From: Gracilinanus agilis
Taxonomy: Eukaryota
Direction of reading: 5' to 3'
Assembly (NCBI RefSeq): GCF_016433145.1
Contig: NC_058133.1
Coordinates: 33,633,536 to 33,697,407 of the forward strand
DNA length: 63,872 nt
Shown here: in pieces, positions 27,780 to 63,872 of the stretch
How positions within the stretch are numbered: position 1 is the first letter of the stretch
How the letters are laid out: every line of letters starts with the position of its first letter
Made by a program: the position numbers and the translations under genes
The notes under the pieces: model-generated
What the model was told of the DNA's origin: nothing
What the model saw: only the letters and a program-made list of their open reading frames with translations
Databases searched by the model: none

Positions 27780-28694
27780 ACCTAGATTATGTCTAATTTG
27801 TAATTGTGAATCTAATCAACTCATATGTCTTATATGAAAGATGGCCCCAGTCTGATCAACTAGTTATTGTTTGTTCTTTTGATTGTGTACACAGCTACTT
27901 GGCAGGGTTTGTGGGATATTTCAGTGCACATGTACCTGTATAATACATGCACTGTACATGAATAAACACATGTTCATCATGTTGCAAGAGACACATATTG
28001 CTTCCACTAGAGAAAAGTTCATGGAGGAAGTAAAGTGAAGAACCTGTGGTCAGGTCAGCCTTCATCACTTCCTTCCTTCCAAGGCAATAGCCTTTTTCAT
28101 GACAAGTCTCTTGGATTTGACTTGGATCCTTGCATTGCTGGGAGTAGCTAAGTCATTCACAGTTGATCATCATACTTTATGGCTGTTATGGTTCTGCTCA
28201 CTTCACTTGGCATCAGTTCATAGGAGTCTTCCCAGGTCTTTTTTGGTGCTGATGGTTGCTTGTCGTTTCTTATGGCCCCAAAGTATTCCATTACCATCAG
28301 ACTGAGATCATAATTGCTCCTCCCACTTTTTTTTACTTGGGCTGAATCAGTGTAAGTCCTGTTCCAGCCCTTTACCTTTCCTTTGTGTGTCTCCCTGCTT
28401 TAAACATTTATCTTGTAGACAGCATATTGTAGGATTCTGACCGGTCCTCTCAAGCACCCGCATTGCTGCGGCTGATGTGGGGAAGGAAGAGGAATCACAG
28501 TCCCCCCTTTCTCTACACCTCAGTCTCCTGTGAAATGCTTTATTTTTGTATTTGAAGTTACTGCAGAATGCTGCTGATTGGCCAGACATTATAAGCCAGC
28601 TACCAGCCCAAGCAGATTCCAGCATTTGCCGAGAGAATTCTTTCATTTAGTTTGACCCACATTCATCAGTCCCTCTCTGATATGTCTGCCTCTC

Positions 28695-29419
28695 CTAAGA
28701 GGCAGAGAATTCTTGGACTTGGCTGACTCCATCCAGCTTCACTAGAGCAGAAATCCTCCCTCCTTGCTGGGCATCTGCATCACTGAAGATGACGCTATTT
28801 CCCAAGATAGAAAATCGCCCTTTGAGCTGCCACATATGCTTGTATCACTGGCTTCCATGTGTGTGTCCCCCTCCCCCCCAATTCGTTCTTCATAAACCAG
28901 CCAGACTCACCTGCCTTGGCCATCACTCCTCCCCTCCCTTCTTAGGAGGCTCTTCTTTAGTATAACTGAGGACAGGGTCAGGACGCCCCCAAGCCCAGAG
29001 GGAGGCCTCCCATGTCTGTGCAAAGTCAAGCTTTCTAGAGCAAACTTGCTTCCTTCCAACTTCCCCTACGAACAAAATTCAGGCCAGACTCCACCCCCAC
29101 CCCCACCCCCCCTGCTCTGTCCCTCTGCCTTCAAAGCACCATCCCAGTGATGGGTTTCTGTGGTCTAGACTCCCAAGTGAAGTCATTAGGGATTAAACTG
29201 TTCTGAGGAAAATCCCCCTCCATCCCATTCCAACTTGCCAGAGATAGCTGGCTTCCCTCCCCTGGGCCCAGGTCTCTCAAAAGAATCGCAAGTGTCTCTG
29301 GGGCATTGAGCAGAGGCCCAAGTGAGGTAGAGGCTAGGCTTGGCAATACCAGCTCCCCCAGGAACCATAGCTGATAAGCCACTTGGAGCAGCCCTGTTTG
29401 GGGCCAGAGTGGGGTCCAT
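28695..29419 (-). CDS. Candidate unannotated 74-aa microprotein. Exons: 29419-29350, 28965-28911, 28794-28695
   Basis: Kozak aagATGG, donors CTG|GTATTG and CAG|GTGAGT, acceptors ctgaccctgtcctcag| and aaatag|, phases 1 and 2 consistent, AATAAA at 28544-28539. No homologue recognised. Confidence 0.35.
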
Positions 29420-29609
29420 CTTCCCCCCTTCTACAGGCTGCTCTGGGCCACATAGCAAATAAGCTTCACTGGAAGGTGGGTGACTGCTCCCTCCACTGCT
29501 CCAACACACCCCTCATTCTGAGGGCCCATTTTAAGAGCAGGGAACTCCCAGTGTGCCCCCACGCCCCCATTTCCACATAATACAGAGGCAAATTATTACA
29601 TTCTCTTCC

Positions 29610-29615
29610 TTTATT
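29610..29615 (-). terminator. KIF2C distal poly(A) signal AATAAA
   Basis: AATAAA about 545 nt downstream of the stop codon. Confidence 0.7.
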
Positions 29616-30149
29616 GGGAGACGCAATGTTTAAATAGACAACAGACAACAGGCAAAGACCCTTCCCCCTCGACAAAACCCAAGAGGGTTGTCAGAGTGAG
29701 GAGAAAGAGCTTCAGAATCTTTTTAAAAAAACCCTCCCCTGCCCTGCCCATTCCCAGGCAGACGCTGGGCAGGCCAACGGCAAGGCCCAGAACTGTCTGC
29801 TCTAGAAGGCAGCTCAGAGCCGTAGAAGCAGAAACGAAGGAAAGGCTGATCCTTCGTCGTCTCCTCCCAGCCCTGGGCCAGCTGCTGACAGTCCTCCAGT
29901 CACACAGGAGGACTGTACAATAGAAAACTACACAACACACATGGAAAAAGGTAGCTGGGAGCCACGGGGCCTGCCCGTCCAGGGCCAAAGGGGGCAGTGG
30001 GCCCTGGAGGCATCCCAGGCCCAGCTCCAGCGGCAGACATCCCAGCAGTGTGTCCTACCTCCCCAAACAAGGGCCAAACCTGGGCAACAACCTGGATGCC
30101 AGGGAGCACCCAGACACCTCTGAAGGAAGAGCTTAACCATCAAACATCT

Positions 30150-30155
30150 TTTATT
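30150..30155 (-). terminator. KIF2C proximal poly(A) signal AATAAA
   Basis: TAA-CATGCC-AATAAA followed by U/GU-rich gatgtttgatggtt. Confidence 0.5.
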
Positions 30156-30161
30156 GGCATG

Positions 30162-59916
<29,755 letters not shown>

Positions 59917-60057
59917 GGCGAGCCAGTCGGGCGAAGGACGAGTGTGGCAGGAAGGAAATTCGGGAGCCGAGCAGGCTTCGGAGCAGCAGCGGATACCACA
60001 GCAGTAGCAGAGGCGTCTACCTTCACGGTCAAATCCAGCTTGCGCCAACCGCCGCTG

Positions 60058-60181
60058 TTTAAATCCCGCGCGCCTGCGTCCTACGTGTGCGTCAGCACGC
60101 TTCCGTCCCCCCTCCCGTCCCGGCGCGCGACGCCTCCTGGGAAATGTAGTTCTCTTCCGGCCCGATTCCTTCCACTTCCGG
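60058..60181 (-). promoter_or_regulatory. KIF2C: KIF2C cell-cycle promoter (CHR-like TTTAAA, ZNF143/SBS motif, ETS sites) in a CpG island
   Basis: GCGCGGGA-TTTAAA at 60071-60058, ACTACATTTCCCAG at 60150-60137, and CCGGAAG at ~60153-60159 and ~60175-60181. Confidence 0.7.
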
Positions 60182-62052
60182 ACCAGAGACCAGATCTCTG
60201 CCAACCAGAGACCACAATACGCCTGCGTGGTCTCGCCTCCTAGCATTCGAGACCCTACGGTCAGCTTCTTAAAGCTGGACCCTCTCCTTTTAGGGCCGGT
60301 GTTGGACAGCCCCCTGACTGGAGGTAGCAAGCTTAAGAGCCAGCACTGAGCCCTAGGGAGAGTCTGAAGCTTTCTGGAGGAGGGAAACAAGGCTGAGGGA
60401 GATTGTAGCTTGCTCAAAGTCACAGCTGCTAAGTCTCTGAGGCAGGATTTGAGCTGGGGTCTTGCCGCCTCCAAGTCCAGACCTCTCTCCACTACATCAC
60501 CTCCGCCGACATCTCTGATGGGGGTTTACGTGCCTCACAAACAAGTGTGTGTGTGTGTGGTTATGTGTGGGGTCATCAGAATCCTCCACTGATCCTGGCC
60601 GCAAAAGGGAGAGCCTTCACTTGTCCAGCCCTGTGCTTTCCAGGCTCCCGACCTCTGGGTCAGCTCCGGAGAATCACAGTAGATGGGTATCTTCTTGGGC
60701 CCCCTCCCATCAGGCTCTGTCATCAGGCTTTGTCACTTGCTACCCAGGTGGTCCAAAGCGCAGCCCGCTGGGAAGATTCGCCACGACCTCCGTCTTGTCA
60801 CTGGCATGATGTGGCCACCAAAGTCTTCTAGCCAGGCTGGGCTCACTGAGCTAGGGAACGAGGGTGGCAACTTGTTGATGAGAAGGGAGATAACACTAGA
60901 GGGACTCTGGCAAATGGGCTTTGGAATAAATGTACCGGACCATTTCCCTTTAACACAGAAGCCTCCCACGTCCCACACATCTCTCTTGGCATCGCCCATC
61001 TCACAAGAGGCAACTCTAGATCAAGTGGATGCAATCACATCTGCTAGTCATGCATTGGCGAAATCTATGATTTGAGGAGGGGAGAATCATGATTGAGGGG
61101 GGGTTATAGCCAGCCATGGTTGAATGAAGGGAAGTTTTCAGTCAATAAACACTTATTAAGCACCTACTATATGCCAGGCACTGTGCTGAAATCTGGCATT
61201 TTTAGTCATTTTGGCCATATGCCAGCTAGATCAGACTGCTTGATTTCACCTGAACCTCCCAGAGCTGGGAAATAGGCTGCTCATGGATTGCTGCAGAGCC
61301 ATCTGGTGGACAAAAAAATACACTGCTTGATACCGGGAAAAATCTTTTATAAAAAAAAAATTCTTAATGGTTGTCTTTTGCTTTTACATCCCTTAAATTT
61401 TCCCCAATATTCCTCTCCTTCCCCTCCCAGAGAGCCATCCTACATAACAAAGTATTTTTTAAAAAACTCTTATCTTGCATTTTAGAATCAATACTGTGTA
61501 TTGGTTCCAAGGCTGAAGAGTGGTGAGGGTTAGGCAATGGGAATTATGTGACTTGCTCAGGGTCACACAGAAGTGTCTGAGACCGGATTCTGATCCATTT
61601 ATCTCTGTAAGTCTTCAATAATTTGATTAGCTTAACCCTTCAGGGGAGAGAGAAAGGAAGCCTATCCTTACATAACAAACAGTAGAGACATCCTTTCCCT
61701 GAAGTGAATAGATCCTTCCCCCCATCCAAGCCCCTTCTGATTAGTAGTACTCCTTTAAAAGCAGCCAAACATCTTTCCTTTCCCTTATTATTAATTCTCA
61801 ATTGACTTGCAGCCAGCATTTCAAGGGTTAAGAAAATGACGTCCTGTGGGAAATTACAGTACAAAGAATCCAATGAGGAGGCCATGGAGCCTAGAAGATA
61901 AACTGGCTCTGACCTTGCACATTCCTGAACTATGATCAGAACTGAGAAAGTATTAATTTGAGAAATAACTCCCATGATTCAAAGAGTACTGGGAAACTTT
62001 GGAAGGCTAAGACAAGACAAAAAGAATGTAACAGGGCAACTGGATGGCTCAG

Positions 62053-63872
62053 TGGATTGAGAGCCAGGCCTAGAGATGAGAGGTCCTAGCTTCAAATCTA
62101 ACCTCAGACACTTCCTAACCTTGTGACTCTGGGCAAGTCACAACCTTCATTTCCTAGCCCCTATCACTCTTCTGCCTTGGTTTATTTAAAAAATAAACAA
62201 ACTTTTAAATAAAAAAACAAAACACTTTCCACACAATTAAAACTAGGTCTAAATAATTGGAAAAACATTAATTGCTCATGGGTAGGATGAACTAATATAA
62301 TAGAAATGACAATCCTACCCAAATTAATTTACTTATTTAGTGCCATACCTATCAAACTACAAAAAAACTTTTATTGAATTAGAAAAAATTATAATGAAAT
62401 TCATTTGGAAGAACAAAAGATTAAGAATATCAAGAGAACAAATAAAAAAAAAAAAAGCAAGGATGGAGGCCAGCAGTACCAGATCTTAAACTGTACTATA
62501 TAGCAGTGGTCATCAGAACAAAATGGTACTAGCTAAGAGACAGAAGGGGGAGGATCAATGGAATAGACTTGGGGTAAATATCCTCAGCAAAGACAGTGTA
62601 TGATAAACTCAAAGATGCCAGCTTTTGGGACAAGAACCCACTATTTGACAAAAACTGCTGGGAAAATTAGAAAACAATATTAGAGAAATTAGGTTTAGAT
62701 CAACATCTCACACCCTACACCAAGATAAATTCAGGATGGGTGAATGACTTAAATATAAAGAAGGAAACTATAAGTAAATTGGTGAACATAGAATAGTATA
62801 CCTGTCATATCTATGGAAAAGGAAAGAATTTAAGACCAAGCAAGAGGTAGAGAGTATCACAAAATGTAAAATGAATAATTTTGATTACATTAATTTAAAA
62901 ATATTTTGTACAAACAAAACCAATGCAACCAAAATTAGAAAGGACTGGGAGAAAATATAACAAAAATCTCTGACGAAGGTCTAATTTCTTAAAACTATAA
63001 GGAACTAAATCAATTGTACAAAAAAATCAAGTCATTTCCCAGTTGATAAATGGGCAAGAGACATGAATAGGCAGTTTTCAGATAAAGAAATCAAAACTAT
63101 CAATAAGCACATGAAAAAAAGTGTTCTAAATCTCGTAATTAGAGAAATGCAAATCAAAACAACTCTGAGTTACCATCTCACACCTAGCAGATTGGCCAAT
63201 ATGACAGCAAAGGAAAGTTAGAAATGTTGGAGGGGATGTGGCAAAATTGGGACACTAACAAAAAAACTGCTGGTGGAGTTCTGAATTGGTCCAACCATTC
63301 TGGAAGGCAATTTGGAACCACGCCCAAAGGATTTTAAAAGACTACCTGCCCTTTGATCCAGCCATACTACTGCTGGGTTTGTACTCCAAAGAGACAATAA
63401 GGAAAAATATTCATACAAAAATATTTATAGCTATGCGCTTTGTGGTGGCAAAAAATTGAAAAATGAGGGGCCTTCCATTGGAGAATGGCTGTGAACTGGA
63501 AAAACCTCCAGGAATTGATGCAGAGTGAAAGGAGCAGAACCAGGAGAACATTGTACACAGAGACTGATACACTGTGGTAAAATCGAACATAATGGACTTC
63601 TCTACTAGCAGCAATGCAAAGATCTAGGAGAATTCTGAGGGACTTAGGAAAAAGAACTCTATCCACATCCAAAGAAAGAAACACAGAAGAAAAACATATG
63701 ATTTATCACATGGTTCATGTTGACTTTAAATGATCACACTATTGCAAATAGTAATAATATGGACAATTTTGAACAATGATTCGTGTATAACCCAGTGGAA
63801 TTGCTCATTGACTCAGAGGGGGGAGGAGGAGGGAAAGAACATGAATCATGTAACCATGGAAAAATATTCTAA
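62053..63872 (+). mobile_element. SINE (62053-62200) followed by a 5'-truncated L1 ORF2/3' UTR running to the window end
   Basis: Continuous L1 ORF2-like A-rich sequence with small indels, and an internal deletion near 63495. Confidence 0.85.

Noticed and set aside
60260-63872. Expected neighbour ARMH1 (and PLK3 at the left end)
   Set aside because: No exon matching either protein was found; both probably lie outside the window.

Overview
Marsupial genomic window: the SINE1_Mdo-like, MAR1-like and OposCharlie-like repeats point to Monodelphis or a close didelphid. It is syntenic to human 1p34.1. Three intact spliced genes were reconstructed by hand, with GT-AG junctions and phases checked: BEST4 (+, 9 coding exons, 491 aa), RPS8 (-, 6 exons, 208 aa) and KIF2C/MCAK (-, 21 exons, 727 aa). 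RPS8 hosts four box C/D snoRNAs: SNORD46, SNORD55 and two SNORD38 copies. The rest is mostly L1, L2, CR1, RTE, SINE and hAT debris. The best lead is an unrecognised three-exon, phase-consistent 74-aa ORF on the minus strand between KIF2C and RPS8, with its own Kozak ATG and AATAAA. Other leads: SNORD55 lies in RPS8 intron 3 rather than intron 1, one SNORD38 copy has a degenerate or shifted box C, a poly(A) signal lies only 6 nt after the KIF2C stop, two tail-less L1 fragments are flanked by long direct repeats, and an orphan ATG-bearing exon lies near 4.0 kb. No database searches were run; family names and human comparisons come from recall.
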